Notes: a model not told the origin generated them from the sequence alone. Counted from the first letter of the stretch, positions 47,020-57,785 are shown. The stretch: DNA of 64,000 bases from Oceanispirochaeta sp. (GCA_963666275.2 CAXXOA010000001.1:2464001-2528000); one strand, 5' to 3'. Made by a program: numbers and translations.

Positions 47020-48008
47020 GCCGGATCTCAGACAGTTTTCATACCCGCACTTCCACGGTTGTCAGCATCTCCCCTCCCCTCCGCAGGATGGGCCCTGAAG
47101 GGAGAATCTATTTTGCCGGCTCCTGCTTTGCCTCCCACCTGGCGGGCTTCTGGGAGGATCATTTCCTTCAGGGCAGGAACACTCTGTTCGGCAATATCTA
47201 CAACCCCGGAAGCCTGGCGCAAACGATGGGGCTTCTCTGTTCGGACGCTCTGATTCAGAAGGAAGACCTGTTTTTCCATGCCGACCTGTGGCGGCACTCC
47301 CTTTTTGATACAGCAAAGACCTCTCTCAGCAGGGATGAGCTCCTGGAAGAGCTCAACAGGGATCTGGAGGTACACAGGAGTTTTCTGAAAACCTGTACCA
47401 CCCTGGTTGTGACCCTGGGAACAGCCTGGGTATACAGGGAGAACGAAACGGGAAAGATTGTGAACAACTGCCATAAAAGGCCGGGAAGCGATTTTTCCAG
47501 GGAGTCCCTTTCCCCTGCAGAGGTCAGAGAGAGCCTGCTGAGTGTGAAAAAAGAGATAGCCCGTTTTAACAGCAATCTCCATATCATATGGACTCTGAGC
47601 CCGGTGAGGCACCTGAGGGATTCGGCAGTGGAAAACTCCCTGAGCAAAGCCCTTCTCCGCTGCGGGATCGATGAAATCTGCCGGGGTTCAGAGGATGACG
47701 ACTACTTTCCCGCCTATGAAATCATGATGGATGAGCTGCGGGACTACCGCTGGTATGCCCCGGATCTGAGTCATCCCTCATCACAGGCTGTGGAATATAT
47801 TATGAAAAGGTTCTGCGAAGCCGCCGGGACCCGGGAACTGGAAGAGTACCTAGGAAAAGCGGAGAAAATCCTGAATTTACTGAACCATCGGATCCAGCTT
47901 CCCGATTCGCCCCGGGGACAGGAATTTCTGACAAAAAGGCGTTCCGCCATTGAAGAGTTCCGGCAGAAATACCCTTTTGCCTCCCTCAGATCTCAGGATA
48001 CCCTGTAA
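47016..48008 (+). CDS. GSCFA-domain protein
   Basis: GSCFA motif, FGNIYNP, TLGTAWVY, NCHK, TLSPVRH, FPAYEIMMDELRDYRWY..D..HP. Confidence 0.9.
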   Translation: MSRISDSFHTRTSTVVSISPPLRRMGPEGRIYFAGSCFASHLAGFWEDHFLQGRNTLFGNIYNPGSLAQTMGLLCSDALIQKEDLFFHADLWRHSLFDTAKTSLSRDELLEELNRDLEVHRSFLKTCTTLVVTLGTAWVYRENETGKIVNNCHKRPGSDFSRESLSPAEVRESLLSVKKEIARFNSNLHIIWTLSPVRHLRDSAVENSLSKALLRCGIDEICRGSEDDDYFPAYEIMMDELRDYRWYAPDLSHPSSQAVEYIMKRFCEAAGTRELEEYLGKAEKILNLLNHRIQLPDSPRGQEFLTKRRSAIEEFRQKYPFASLRSQDTL

Positions 48009-49533
48009 TGTCCTGAATCTCCCTGTAGAGCTTCTGCATCCGGGGATAGATCTTTTTATAGACTCTGAACAGTTTCTGATAGAGCCGGGCATTCTCTTTC
48101 TGGGGATAGAAGGTCTTTTCCCGGCTTGTCATAGCCTGGACAGCCCTGTCCACATCCGGATGATTCCCGAGCCCCACATGCACCAGTACGGCCGCTCCCA
48201 GGGCAGAGGTCTCATAGGTATGGGGCCTGTAGAGAGGCCGGTTCAGGATATCTGAAGTGATCTGACAGATAAGATCGCTCCGGCTGGCTCCCCCCGAGGC
48301 GGCCACTTCGGGACATCTGAATCGTCCCCGGCGCTCCAGGGTTTCAAGGCCCTCACGGAGTTCATACCCCAGACCTTCGATGGTAGCCCGGTAGATGGAG
48401 CTGCGGGTATGGACATCGCCGAATCCGATAAGTGCCCCCTTGGCCAGGGGATCCTTCAGGCCCGGCCCCCAGTAGGGCTGCATCATAAGACCCCGGCAGC
48501 CGGGAGGATCCGCATGAAGGAGTTTTTCAAGGAGCTCTTCGGTCAGGACGCCCCGGCGTTCCGCTTCCTCCTGTTCCATCTGTCCCATCTGATCCCGGAA
48601 CCAGCTGATCATCCAGTACCCCCTGTAGATCTCAATTTCAGGGGTCCACGCACCGGGATAGGCTGAGCAGTAGGAGGGCAGAAAAGGGAGGGGTTCGAAG
48701 TACCGGCGGGAGACGACTCCCACGGTGGCCATGGTTCCGAAGCTCAGGGAGGCCCTGGACGTGTCAAGACAGCCGGCTCCCAGGGTTTCGCAGCTTTTAT
48801 CACTGCCGCAGGCAATCACAGGCAGCCCCCGGGGCAGACCTGTCTGTTCCGCCGCCTCAGCCGTAAGCCCCCCGATGATCTCGCCGGGCTCCTTGAGGAT
48901 GCAGAGTTTTTCAGATTCCACGGGGAAGAGTTTTCTTTTGAGAGAGAACCGGCCTCCCCAGTCCCTCTTTCTGTAATCCATGGGGATATGCCCCACCATG
49001 GAAGCCACCGAGTCTGCGGGGATCCCTGTGAGGCGGTAGTTCAGAAAGCCCGAAACCTGCAGGTATTTCCAGGTATTCTCCCAGACAGTCTTTTCATTTT
49101 CCTGCAGCCAGTTGCCCTTGCCGTCCCTCATGGCTTTCAGGACAACCTTGTCCTTCCGGATAATCCAGTACAGCAGGTTCAGAGGGAACCGGGGTTTAAA
49201 GGATCCTCCGGCCTTTCTTGTATCCAGCCAGGTAATGGCGGGGCGCAGAACCTCCCCCCGGGAGCCCAGATTGATCATGGTATCCCTCAGAGCGGTGACT
49301 CCCAGCCCGGAAATCCCGCTGAAGATTTCAGGAGACCGCTCTTTTATCCTTCCGCAGGAGGAAACAAGAGCCTGCCAGAAAATATCAGGATCCTGTTCGG
49401 CCCATCCCGGCCGGGAGGATTCGTAGGGGGCATACTCGATTTTTTCCTGCTCCCGGATGGTGCCGTCTGAGGAAAAGACAAGGGCCTTCAGGCTCTGGGT
49501 ACCGCAGTCTACGGCCAGAACAAGGTTTTTCAT
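47986..49533 (-). CDS. FGGY-family carbohydrate kinase
   Basis: AVDCGTQSLK, GWAEQDP, ITWLDTR, GSDK, SFGT, EGLGY, SGGASRS, SALGAA. Confidence 0.9.
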   Translation of the reverse strand: MKNLVLAVDCGTQSLKALVFSSDGTIREQEKIEYAPYESSRPGWAEQDPDIFWQALVSSCGRIKERSPEIFSGISGLGVTALRDTMINLGSRGEVLRPAITWLDTRKAGGSFKPRFPLNLLYWIIRKDKVVLKAMRDGKGNWLQENEKTVWENTWKYLQVSGFLNYRLTGIPADSVASMVGHIPMDYRKRDWGGRFSLKRKLFPVESEKLCILKEPGEIIGGLTAEAAEQTGLPRGLPVIACGSDKSCETLGAGCLDTSRASLSFGTMATVGVVSRRYFEPLPFLPSYCSAYPGAWTPEIEIYRGYWMISWFRDQMGQMEQEEAERRGVLTEELLEKLLHADPPGCRGLMMQPYWGPGLKDPLAKGALIGFGDVHTRSSIYRATIEGLGYELREGLETLERRGRFRCPEVAASGGASRSDLICQITSDILNRPLYRPHTYETSALGAAVLVHVGLGNHPDVDRAVQAMTSREKTFYPQKENARLYQKLFRVYKKIYPRMQKLYREIQDITGYPEI

Positions 49534-50558
49534 GAGGGATCGGAATCCGGAAGAGCCAGCTCTTTCATCAGAGCCCACTCGAGAAACTGCGTGTGAATCT
49601 CCCAGGAGGATTCCCCGTATCCCCCTGCGGCCACCCAGGCCTGGGGAATATTCCGTTCTTTCAGGAATTCATAAACCTTTGTGTCCCGTTCAAACATCTG
49701 CTGCTTTGTCAGCTTTATGGGTTCCGAGGAAGGGAGTTCATCCTTTTCGTAGGGATCCACACCTCCCACAACAAATGCCAGATCGGGTTTACCCTTCCCC
49801 GCCATCCACTCAAGGGCTTCCATCATCCGGGGAATGTAGAATTTCTCCTCACCCGAAGGGATACCGATATCGATATCCCCGGGAATCCAGGAGGGATTCA
49901 TTGTGCCGTCGCTGCGGTACTCCGGTTCATCCAGGGGCCAGCCCGATGCCATATGGATACTCATGGTAAGGATATCCTTCACATCCGCCAGGGCTTCGGC
50001 GGTACCGTCTCCTCTGTGAGCATCCAGGTCAATGACCCAGGCCGTTCTGATCTGCCCCTCCGCCCGGGCTTTGAGCAGGGCGGTGGTAATATCATTGAGA
50101 ACACAGAAACCGTGACCGAACCCCGGATGGGCATGATGCATCCCCCCGCCCAGGTAATAGCTGAAACCTTTCTGCAGGGCATGGCCGATGAGAAGGTAAC
50201 TTCCCGATATAATCCGCAGGACATCATTGAGCAGTTCCGTCAGAGGCTGCTGTGCCCTTGAGGGATCATAGCGGTTGTAGTTTCCCGCGCTGTCCATCAG
50301 CTCGTAGGCCTGGATCAGCCGGCTTTCCAGCTCGGGGCCGTAGAGGGATTTGATATACTCCTTTGTATGGGCGCGTTCCAGATCCTTCCTGTCGATCACC
50401 CGGGGAATATCCCCTACAAGCCATTTATCTTTCAGATCTCCCAGAATGGGATGCGCCAGCAGAGCATCGACTGTATTGGATTTGCGGGTATCCAGAGAAG
50501 GGATCCCGATCCCGTAGCGGGGAAAGGAAATGATTGCATTTCTGTTGTAGAGAACCAT
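49530..50558 (-). CDS. Zn-dependent histone-deacetylase-family amidohydrolase
   Basis: GGMHHA, GFCVLND, DLDAHRGDGT, SIH, GVDP...D, GGY. Confidence 0.92.
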   Translation of the reverse strand: MVLYNRNAIISFPRYGIGIPSLDTRKSNTVDALLAHPILGDLKDKWLVGDIPRVIDRKDLERAHTKEYIKSLYGPELESRLIQAYELMDSAGNYNRYDPSRAQQPLTELLNDVLRIISGSYLLIGHALQKGFSYYLGGGMHHAHPGFGHGFCVLNDITTALLKARAEGQIRTAWVIDLDAHRGDGTAEALADVKDILTMSIHMASGWPLDEPEYRSDGTMNPSWIPGDIDIGIPSGEEKFYIPRMMEALEWMAGKGKPDLAFVVGGVDPYEKDELPSSEPIKLTKQQMFERDTKVYEFLKERNIPQAWVAAGGYGESSWEIHTQFLEWALMKELALPDSDPS

Positions 50559-50565
50559 AGTTATT

Positions 50566-51408
50566 TTACTCCTTGAGGACCCATTTTTCCGGTGTATTCA
50601 CATAGGCTCTGAAAGCCTGCATCAGTTTTTCTGTTTCCGGACCGGGGGTGTCGGGAAACTCATGATCATTCACAAATCTGACAGGCAGAATTTCCCGGGA
50701 GGAGGATGTGATAAACATCTCCTGGGCTCCGCTGATATCCTGAAGAGTGATATCCCTGCAGCTCAACCGCTCCTCCCCTATCAGGCTCATGACAACCTGA
50801 CGGGTGACCCCTTTGAGGATATCCCGGCAGGGGGTAAACCAGCGGCCATCCCGGAAAAGAAAGAGATTTGACGTGGTCCCCTCCAGAACCCTGCCGTCCT
50901 TATCCGTATACAGGGCTTCTTCAGCCCCCTGCTCCCTGGCCCTGGCAGAGGCTTCCATGGCGGCAATGTAATTGACACTCTTGGCTTCCGGGTGATTTCG
51001 CACCTGGGAACAGGTGATCACCTTGACGCCCCTTTCGTACCATTCGGGGGGAAATGTCCGCAGGGGATCGGCCAGGATAAAAAGGTTGACCCCGTCTCTC
51101 CGGGTCATTTTTTCAAGACTGGAACCGACGGTGCAGACAATCCTGAGACCGGCCTCTTCGCCTTCCCAGTGTTTCAGGACCTGAAACATGGCCTGCTCAA
51201 TCTCATCGACGCTGTAGGGAATTTTCATTCCGATCCGGTCGGCTGAAAACTGCAGCCGTTTTATATGATCTTCCAGATGGAAGGGTTTTTTATTGTAGGT
51301 CCTAATAAAATCAAAGACTCCCAGTCCTCTGAGAATCCCCAGGTCCCTGACGGACAGGAGCATCTCCCTGTCATCCATCAGAGAGCCGTTCATCCAACCC
51401 AAACTCAA
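50566..51408 (-). CDS. Class IV PLP aminotransferase (D-amino-acid/branched-chain type)
   Basis: RGLGVFD, H..RL..SA, AKSVNY, EGTTSNLF, ILKGVTR, FITSS. Confidence 0.9.
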   Translation of the reverse strand: MSLGWMNGSLMDDREMLLSVRDLGILRGLGVFDFIRTYNKKPFHLEDHIKRLQFSADRIGMKIPYSVDEIEQAMFQVLKHWEGEEAGLRIVCTVGSSLEKMTRRDGVNLFILADPLRTFPPEWYERGVKVITCSQVRNHPEAKSVNYIAAMEASARAREQGAEEALYTDKDGRVLEGTTSNLFLFRDGRWFTPCRDILKGVTRQVVMSLIGEERLSCRDITLQDISGAQEMFITSSSREILPVRFVNDHEFPDTPGPETEKLMQAFRAYVNTPEKWVLKE

Positions 51409-51440
51409 GTGGGTACCTCCCTGTCAAACAGTGTATTTTT

Positions 51441-52052
51441 TTAAAATAGGATCAGTTCCCTAAACCCTCCGGACCAGTACTCCTCACCGTAATCCACGGT
51501 CAGCTGAGTCCCCGGGGGAATCAGATGTTCCGCCACAAAAAAAATAACCCAGCGGTTATCCTGCTTTGTGTGTTCCACCGCCAGATTGGGTTCAAAACTG
51601 TGATTCACATAGCGCAGTTCATTTCCCTTTTTCAGGGCATTGATTTCAAGCAGAATATCTTCATACCAGGCATCGGGATAGTCCCAGGTATAATCCGTCT
51701 CATATCCCCCGGTTTTTCCCGGAATATCCCGCACATCCAGTCCGGGGCCCACCACACCGGTGTACTCACCGATGAGAGCGCCCGGAGCCAGCTCGGACTC
51801 GGCAAAGAGGCCGTATCCCACGCCCTCTCCGGCCGGCCGGATCGAGACATCCGCCATGTGTCCGGCTTCCAGCAGAGAACCGTAGTCTGCCCATAACTGA
51901 TCAAACTCCTGTTTGTTCTCCCTGTAGTAGGGAGAGAGACTCAGATCTTTCCGGAATGAGGGGAAATCGAGGACTTCCGCTTTATCGAGATAGAGAAGCC
52001 CCTGCTGTTCCATAAAGGAGCGGCGCTCTTCGGGGGTATGCCATATTTTCAT
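51441..52052 (-). CDS. SET-domain protein-lysine methyltransferase
   Basis: GYGLFA, IGEYTG, RYVNHSFEPN, QLTVDYG..YW. Confidence 0.92.
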   Translation of the reverse strand: MKIWHTPEERRSFMEQQGLLYLDKAEVLDFPSFRKDLSLSPYYRENKQEFDQLWADYGSLLEAGHMADVSIRPAGEGVGYGLFAESELAPGALIGEYTGVVGPGLDVRDIPGKTGGYETDYTWDYPDAWYEDILLEINALKKGNELRYVNHSFEPNLAVEHTKQDNRWVIFFVAEHLIPPGTQLTVDYGEEYWSGGFRELILF

Positions 52053-52092
52053 GCCTCTATTATAGTCTGAATTTCAAAGGGAGCAAGTCGCT

Positions 52093-52395
52093 CTACTCAT
52101 CAGAGTCGGATTTATTTCTCAGCCAGCGGAGGGCGGAAAAAACAAGCCCGCCCAGAAGGACAATACGGAAAAAATAATCCAGACGGAGCACAAGCCAGTC
52201 ACCCCGGCAGGCGGTCCAGTCGGGCAGTTCCCTCCCGTCCAGCAGGGCCTTGATATGGGGCTCCCTGCTTATATAGTCGCTGTGTATGCTGTTGGATGCG
52301 GAAAAACTCAGAAAGGTCAGAACAAGAGAAACAAGAACCCATCCTGTCAGAAAGATCCAAAAAAGCTGTTTCCGGGTAATTTTTTTCTTTGCCAT
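52093..52395 (-). CDS. Hypothetical 2-TM membrane protein
   Basis: Two hydrophobic helices; GGAGG upstream. Confidence 0.65.
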   Translation of the reverse strand: MAKKKITRKQLFWIFLTGWVLVSLVLTFLSFSASNSIHSDYISREPHIKALLDGRELPDWTACRGDWLVLRLDYFFRIVLLGGLVFSALRWLRNKSDSDE

Positions 52396-52458
52396 AAAAC
52401 TGTAAGCCTCCAGGTATAATTATGAAACAGGCCTGCCCAGGGAAGATTCCCGGTCCTG

Positions 52459-54555
52459 CTATGAGAGCCGGAAGTGTTCAATCTGCGTTTTCAGGGAATC
52501 CAGGCCCTTTTCGTTTTTGCGGCTCTCATCATCCAGAACCACCACGGACTGCTGAATCTGACGGACCCCCTGAGCGATCTCTTCCACTCCCTGCTTTGTA
52601 AGGTCCACCATCTCACGGCTTTTTTCAACCCCTGATGTGATGGCGCCGGTGCTGTTCACAATCATAGCGGTCTGTTCGGAAACCCCGGTCACGCTCTGGG
52701 TCAGAGCTCCCGAGGCGGAAAGGACCTGAGTGGCTCCTGAGGACATCTCTGTCATGGAAGTGGCAATCTCAGACAGGGAGTTCACCATGATACTCACTTC
52801 GGACTGAATCAGTTTAAAAGAGTTAAGGCTCTCGCCGGATGAGTCAGAAGCATTTTTGATCGCCAGGCTGATGGCATCGAGGAGTTCCGTAATGGCCCGG
52901 GAGTTCTGTCCCGAGGACTCTGCGAGCTTGCGGATCTCGTCTGCCACAACGGCAAAACCCTTTCCGGCCTCTCCCGCATGGGCGGCTTCGATGGCGGCAT
53001 TCATGGCCAGCAGGTTGGTCTGGGAAGCTATATTGTCAATCACGGCGGTGATTTCAAGAATACTGTCTGTCTGTTTTGCCACATTCAGGATCTGCTGATT
53101 GGCCTTCTCTATCTGATGGGCTCCGTCCCGGGTGTATCCCACCAGTTTTTCCGATCCTTCCGAACGCTGGGAGGTGATATGGGAGACGCTGTTGATAGAG
53201 GACATCATCTGCTCCACCGACGCAGAGGACTGAACAACCGCCGAAGACTGATCCTCCACCAGAGAATCCAGGGTTTTTACGGCATCTGAAATATCCACGG
53301 AAGACCGGTAGTTCCCGTCCACTTCCCGGCTCAGATGCTCTATTTGCCTGGTGATGGACTCCAGATTGGCCAGGATCTCCGTAACAGCCGATGAGGTTTC
53401 CGCACTGGCGCCGCTGATATTCCGGCTTAAACTCATACTATCGTCAAAGGACTCCCTGATGGAAAGGAGAAGAGCTCTGGTGGATTCTACAGCTTTATAG
53501 AGACCTGTGCTGATCTCCCCAAGTTCATCATTTTTCACATAGTCAGGCTGCCAGGTCATATCCCCCAGGGCAACCTTTTCCACCCCTTCCATCACAATCC
53601 CCAGAGGACGGGAGATCTGGCGGAATAAACGGAATGCCATAAAAAACGAAAGGATCAGAACAAAACAGACTGCTATCAGCCCCAGTCTGAAGTACTGGTT
53701 CACAACCTGATCCAGCTCCCCTCTTTTCACGACAAGGAGCTGGTTGCTGTTTTCCTGTTCCTGTATAAGCAGGGGGATAAGTTCATCATAAGCATCCTGA
53801 ATCGCCTCCTCCTGCTGGCTGATGCGATTGTTAACAGTAATGATTCTTGCGATTCCACGGGCATAGGTATCCAGGGCCTGAAACATCATATTTTTCACTT
53901 CCGGCGAAAAGCTCTCATCTCCGATCATTTCACGGATTAAATCGATGGAATCACGGTTCCTTCCTGCATACTTTTCGGTCAGTCTGAGAAGATAATCTTT
54001 TTCATGCCTCCTCATCATCAGATATTCGATCATAAGGGAGTTCCTATGATTGTCGGAAATAATGGCCTCCAGTTCATGGGCCGCCGTTCTGAACTCTCCC
54101 CGCAGGCCCTCCTCTTCACTGAGACCTTTTTCTGTAAGCATATCAAAGAGGGAGAGTGTTTCTGATTCATACCTGGTTACAATGCCGTCTATCTGTGTCA
54201 GCATATCCAGTGCGCCCTGATCGGTTCCCACCTGTTCCTGAATGGATTTTTCCAGATCCTCCAGCTCCCAGAGATCATCCCTGGCGTCATTAATACTTTC
54301 ATAATAACGTTCTTTATCTTCGGAACGTTTGTGGAGGAGATAGGATTTCTCGGCCTCCGCACTTCCCAGAACCGTATATCCCAGATTCTGAATAGCCTCA
54401 TTCTTGACGGCAAAAAGGTCAAGAAAAAAGCTGTATTCCCTCTGAGCCATGAGCAGACTGTTCATAAGCATTCCGGACGTGGCAATAAAGAGGAGTAAAA
54501 TGAGGGCTATAAAAAACAGGATTTTAAACCTTATACTCGATGCGGATTTAACCAT
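52459..54555 (-). CDS. Methyl-accepting chemotaxis protein
   Basis: TM-helical periplasmic domain-TM-HAMP, then [35 protein letters not shown]. Confidence 0.96.
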   Translation of the reverse strand: MVKSASSIRFKILFFIALILLLFIATSGMLMNSLLMAQREYSFFLDLFAVKNEAIQNLGYTVLGSAEAEKSYLLHKRSEDKERYYESINDARDDLWELEDLEKSIQEQVGTDQGALDMLTQIDGIVTRYESETLSLFDMLTEKGLSEEEGLRGEFRTAAHELEAIISDNHRNSLMIEYLMMRRHEKDYLLRLTEKYAGRNRDSIDLIREMIGDESFSPEVKNMMFQALDTYARGIARIITVNNRISQQEEAIQDAYDELIPLLIQEQENSNQLLVVKRGELDQVVNQYFRLGLIAVCFVLILSFFMAFRLFRQISRPLGIVMEGVEKVALGDMTWQPDYVKNDELGEISTGLYKAVESTRALLLSIRESFDDSMSLSRNISGASAETSSAVTEILANLESITRQIEHLSREVDGNYRSSVDISDAVKTLDSLVEDQSSAVVQSSASVEQMMSSINSVSHITSQRSEGSEKLVGYTRDGAHQIEKANQQILNVAKQTDSILEITAVIDNIASQTNLLAMNAAIEAAHAGEAGKGFAVVADEIRKLAESSGQNSRAITELLDAISLAIKNASDSSGESLNSFKLIQSEVSIMVNSLSEIATSMTEMSSGATQVLSASGALTQSVTGVSEQTAMIVNSTGAITSGVEKSREMVDLTKQGVEEIAQGVRQIQQSVVVLDDESRKNEKGLDSLKTQIEHFRLS

Positions 54556-54721
54556 TGAAATCTCCCGGAGACTATTTTCATTTCTTTTACAGTTAAGATC
54601 TGTTTGCCATAATTGTAATCAATAAAAGAGTAGAAAAGCAAAAAGTATTGACTTTCCCCTCTTTTCATCACTACTTTTTACAGATTATCCCGTTATATCC
54701 GGGAGAAAAGGAGTGAGAGAT

Positions 54722-54937
54722 ATGAACTGTCCCGATTGTCAGGGAGAACTGAAAGGAAACGGTAACAAGTACCAGTGCCAGGAGTGCGAAACCCTCTGGC
54801 AGATAGATTTTACCTGCGATGTCTGCGGCAGCACACCTTCCCTTCTGTCCAGCTGCGGATCGGTGAGTTTTTTCTGCGATTCCTGCAAATCCATGAAATC
54901 CCGGAGTTCCATGGAGAAAAAATATACAAAGCTCTGA
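54722..54937 (+). CDS. YfgJ-like double zinc-ribbon protein
   Basis: CPDC, CQEC, CDVC, SCGSVSFFCDSC; AGGAG SD. Confidence 0.8.
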   Translation: MNCPDCQGELKGNGNKYQCQECETLWQIDFTCDVCGSTPSLLSSCGSVSFFCDSCKSMKSRSSMEKKYTKL

Positions 54938-55007
54938 TACCGCCCCATTCGTTCCCGGCAGACCATATTGTACAGTCCTCCGGGGAAGAGTATAATTCCC
55001 GACAGGT

Positions 55008-55493
55008 ATGTCCCAATCAAGAAACAAGACGAAAACCAATGCGGTAAGGCTCCTCGAAAACAGAAAGGTCCCCTTTCATCTTGTGGAATATGAAGTGGAT
55101 GAAGCGGACCTGAGTGCTGTGAATGCCGCGGCGAAAGCCGGTCTGGATGCGGACCAGGTCTTCAAAACCCTAGTACTGAGGGGAAACACGGGAGAGGTAT
55201 TTGTCTGCGTGGTCCCCGGCGCCTGTGAAGTCAATCTTAAAAAAGCCTCCCGGGCGGGGGGATTCAAAAAAGCGGATCTGATCCCCGTGAAAGAGATCCT
55301 CTCTCTGACCGGTTATATCCGCGGGGGCTGTTCTCCTCTGGGAATGAAAAAATCCTATCCCACCTACATTGACGAAACCTGCCTTCTCTATGAGAACATA
55401 TATGTCAGCGCAGGAATGCGGGGACTTCAGCTTGAAATATCTCCTGCTCGGCTTTGTGAGGCCTCAGGAGCCGTTCTCTCTGATCTTGTGTGA
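55008..55493 (+). CDS. ybaK: Cys-tRNA(Pro) deacylase
   Basis: KTNAVRLL, VFKTLV, TGYIRGGCSPLG, VSAGMRG. Confidence 0.93.
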   Translation: MSQSRNKTKTNAVRLLENRKVPFHLVEYEVDEADLSAVNAAAKAGLDADQVFKTLVLRGNTGEVFVCVVPGACEVNLKKASRAGGFKKADLIPVKEILSLTGYIRGGCSPLGMKKSYPTYIDETCLLYENIYVSAGMRGLQLEISPARLCEASGAVLSDLV

Positions 55494-55542
55494 TCCGGGT
55501 TTTCCGTGCTATAAGAAATATAATCTGAACAGAAATACCTTT

Positions 55543-56085
55543 ATGAATGAACAGGAAAACTGCCGGGAACTGCTCTTTGATGCACTACAGGACCTGGTAT
55601 TCGAGTCGCCCATTGATAAAATCTCAGTCAGGAACATTGTTGAGGCTGCCGGTGTCAGCCGTTCCACCTTCTACAGGCACTGTTATGATAAATACGATCT
55701 TCTGAACAGTTATTACAATTCTGTTCTGAACAGAACACTCTACCGTTACCGGAAAGATCTTGACTGGACTGGCGCTCTGGATGCGATCTATTCGGAAATA
55801 CAATACAACCTGCCTTTCTATCAGAATGCTCTGAAATCCAGAGATATAAACTGCCTTAAAAACCATATTCTCAACATCAGCAATACCTTCCATTTTTCTA
55901 TTCTGGAAGCCAACGGCGTGGATATGAATGACTGGCGGAATATCCGGTCCATCCAGTCCAGTATCTACGGGAATCTTGAAATTATGATGATCTGGATCAT
56001 GGAGGGAATGAAAGAGCCCATCCCGGAAATGATCGAGATTATGAACGAACATATTCCCCGGAGATTCGCTCCCTTCTTTTTATAG
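55543..56085 (+). CDS. TetR/AcrR regulator (DhaS-like)
   Basis: HTH DKISVRNIVEAAGVSRSTFYRH..DKYDL and C-terminal WIMEGM. Confidence 0.88.
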   Translation: MNEQENCRELLFDALQDLVFESPIDKISVRNIVEAAGVSRSTFYRHCYDKYDLLNSYYNSVLNRTLYRYRKDLDWTGALDAIYSEIQYNLPFYQNALKSRDINCLKNHILNISNTFHFSILEANGVDMNDWRNIRSIQSSIYGNLEIMMIWIMEGMKEPIPEMIEIMNEHIPRRFAPFFL

Positions 56086-56120
56086 GATCCTCCCGGAACC
56101 ATCAGAAAACTCTCCTCTCA

Positions 56121-56174
56121 TGAGACATCCGGATCAAAATGTTTCTTGGTAATCGCTATTTTTTTATAGATAAT
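56121..56174 (+). promoter_or_regulatory. Palindromic operator abutting a sigma70 promoter
   Basis: GAGACAT-N10-ATGTTTC (56122-56145) directly followed by TTGGTA-N17-GATAAT. Confidence 0.6.
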
Positions 56175-56207
56175 AGTTTAATTGAATACATAAAACAGGA
56201 GATTACA

Positions 56208-57725
56208 ATGATATCCAGAAGAGAATTTATCAAGGCTGCGGCTGCCGGAGCGGTAGGTGCCACAGCTCTGGGGGTTCTGGGCGGATGTTCCAGAAAATCA
56301 ACAGAAGTCAATTTTGACAGAGAAACGGAAGTTCTGGTTGTGGGAGCCGGTGGAGCCGGTATGGCCGCGGCAGCACAGGCGGCAGCTGATGGAGCACAAG
56401 TTCTTGTACTTGAAAAGGCCGGTCTTGTGGGTGGAACAACAAACTACTCGGGCGGCGTTATGCAGGCTGCGGGAACTTCGGTCCAGAAAGAGTTCTCCTC
56501 CTACCAGAATGACACCCCCGAAAACCACTATAAACTCTGGACAGCCTCGGGTGAGGGATATATTGACGAAGAGCTCGTCAAAGACCTGGCCTACGGGGCC
56601 CCCGAACATATCGACTGGCTCACAGATCTGGGTCTAAAATGGACCAGCGTCTACGGTCACTGTCATGTCCCCTACATAGATGATGCGCTTTATGCCGACA
56701 GGATCCATGTATACGAAGGAGGCGGCGGCGAAGGCGGCGGAGTCATTCTGGTTCAAGCTCTTCTGAAAGCGGCAGAAGCGTCCGGTGCGGTTGTGGAAGT
56801 TGACAGCGAAGCCACCGAACTGGTCCTCAATGAACAGCAGGAAGTTGTGGGAATCATCGCTCTGCAGGAGGGTAAAGAGGTGGCTATCAAAGCCTCCAGG
56901 GGTGTGATCCTGGCAGCCGGATCCATCGATAAAAACGTGAAAATGGCCAAACAGCTGAGCCCCCAGCAGTACTGGGATCTGACCTCTCAGATCTGCCTTT
57001 GCGCCGAAACTGATACAGGAGACGGTATTAAAATGGCATCCGCCGCAGGCGCTGCCATTGGCGGATTCGGCGGAACCATCGACTTCTGCGGAAAAACCGG
57101 AGCGGCCACTAGCAACAAATTCCCCATGTTCCCCTATTTTATAGTCAATACAAAAGGGCTGCGCTTTGTCTGTGAAGATGCCACCTATGCCTATCATTAC
57201 CGTGCGATCTTCCAGCAGGAAACTCAGCTGCAGGGCCCCACCTACATGATATTCGGTCAGTCCAGCCTGAGCAGTCCCGTTACGAGATGGACCCCTGAGT
57301 CGCTGAAAAAAGACATTGCCGACGGGGTTGTCATTGCCGGAGATTCCATTGAGGAACTGGCGAGTAAGATCGGTGTACCCGCGGAAAATCTGTCCCGCAC
57401 ACTGTCCGTCTGGAATGAAAATGCCCGGAAAGGGACAGACCCCGAGTACGATCGAAATACGGGAATCGAACCTTTGAGCGGCCCCTTCTATGCCTATAAA
57501 AATGTCTCCTTCAACCTGGGAGCCATTGGCGGTGTCACCATAAACACCAACTGCCAGGTACTGAAGCCCAACGGAGAGGTTCTGCCCCGGCTCTATGCGA
57601 GCGGCCTGAATGCAGGGGGCTGGATAGGCCCCTACTACCCCGGTTCGGGAACAGCCATTATGGGTCTGATTCACTGGGGTAGAAAAGCCGGTTCCCATGC
57701 GGCGGCTCTGGAAAGCCTTAGCTGA
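56208..57725 (+). CDS. Tat-exported lipoprotein FAD-dependent oxidoreductase (FAD_binding_2, non-fumarate subtype)
   Basis: SRREFIK twin-arginine motif, lipobox LGGC, VVGAGGAG, GGTTNYSGG, RFVCED, LGAIGG, GPYYPGSG. Lacks the HPT/HHTMGG/NRLGG fumarate set. Confidence 0.88.
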   Translation: MISRREFIKAAAAGAVGATALGVLGGCSRKSTEVNFDRETEVLVVGAGGAGMAAAAQAAADGAQVLVLEKAGLVGGTTNYSGGVMQAAGTSVQKEFSSYQNDTPENHYKLWTASGEGYIDEELVKDLAYGAPEHIDWLTDLGLKWTSVYGHCHVPYIDDALYADRIHVYEGGGGEGGGVILVQALLKAAEASGAVVEVDSEATELVLNEQQEVVGIIALQEGKEVAIKASRGVILAAGSIDKNVKMAKQLSPQQYWDLTSQICLCAETDTGDGIKMASAAGAAIGGFGGTIDFCGKTGAATSNKFPMFPYFIVNTKGLRFVCEDATYAYHYRAIFQQETQLQGPTYMIFGQSSLSSPVTRWTPESLKKDIADGVVIAGDSIEELASKIGVPAENLSRTLSVWNENARKGTDPEYDRNTGIEPLSGPFYAYKNVSFNLGAIGGVTINTNCQVLKPNGEVLPRLYASGLNAGGWIGPYYPGSGTAIMGLIHWGRKAGSHAAALESLS

Positions 57726-57746
57726 TAATCAGGGAATTGATTTAAC

Positions 57747-57785
57747 ATCCGGTCTTTCGTCTATCACGAAGTCCGGATTTTTTTT
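57747..57785 (+). terminator. Intrinsic terminator
   Basis: ATCCGG..TTCGT-CTATC-ACGAA..CCGGAT followed by a T-run. Confidence 0.7.
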
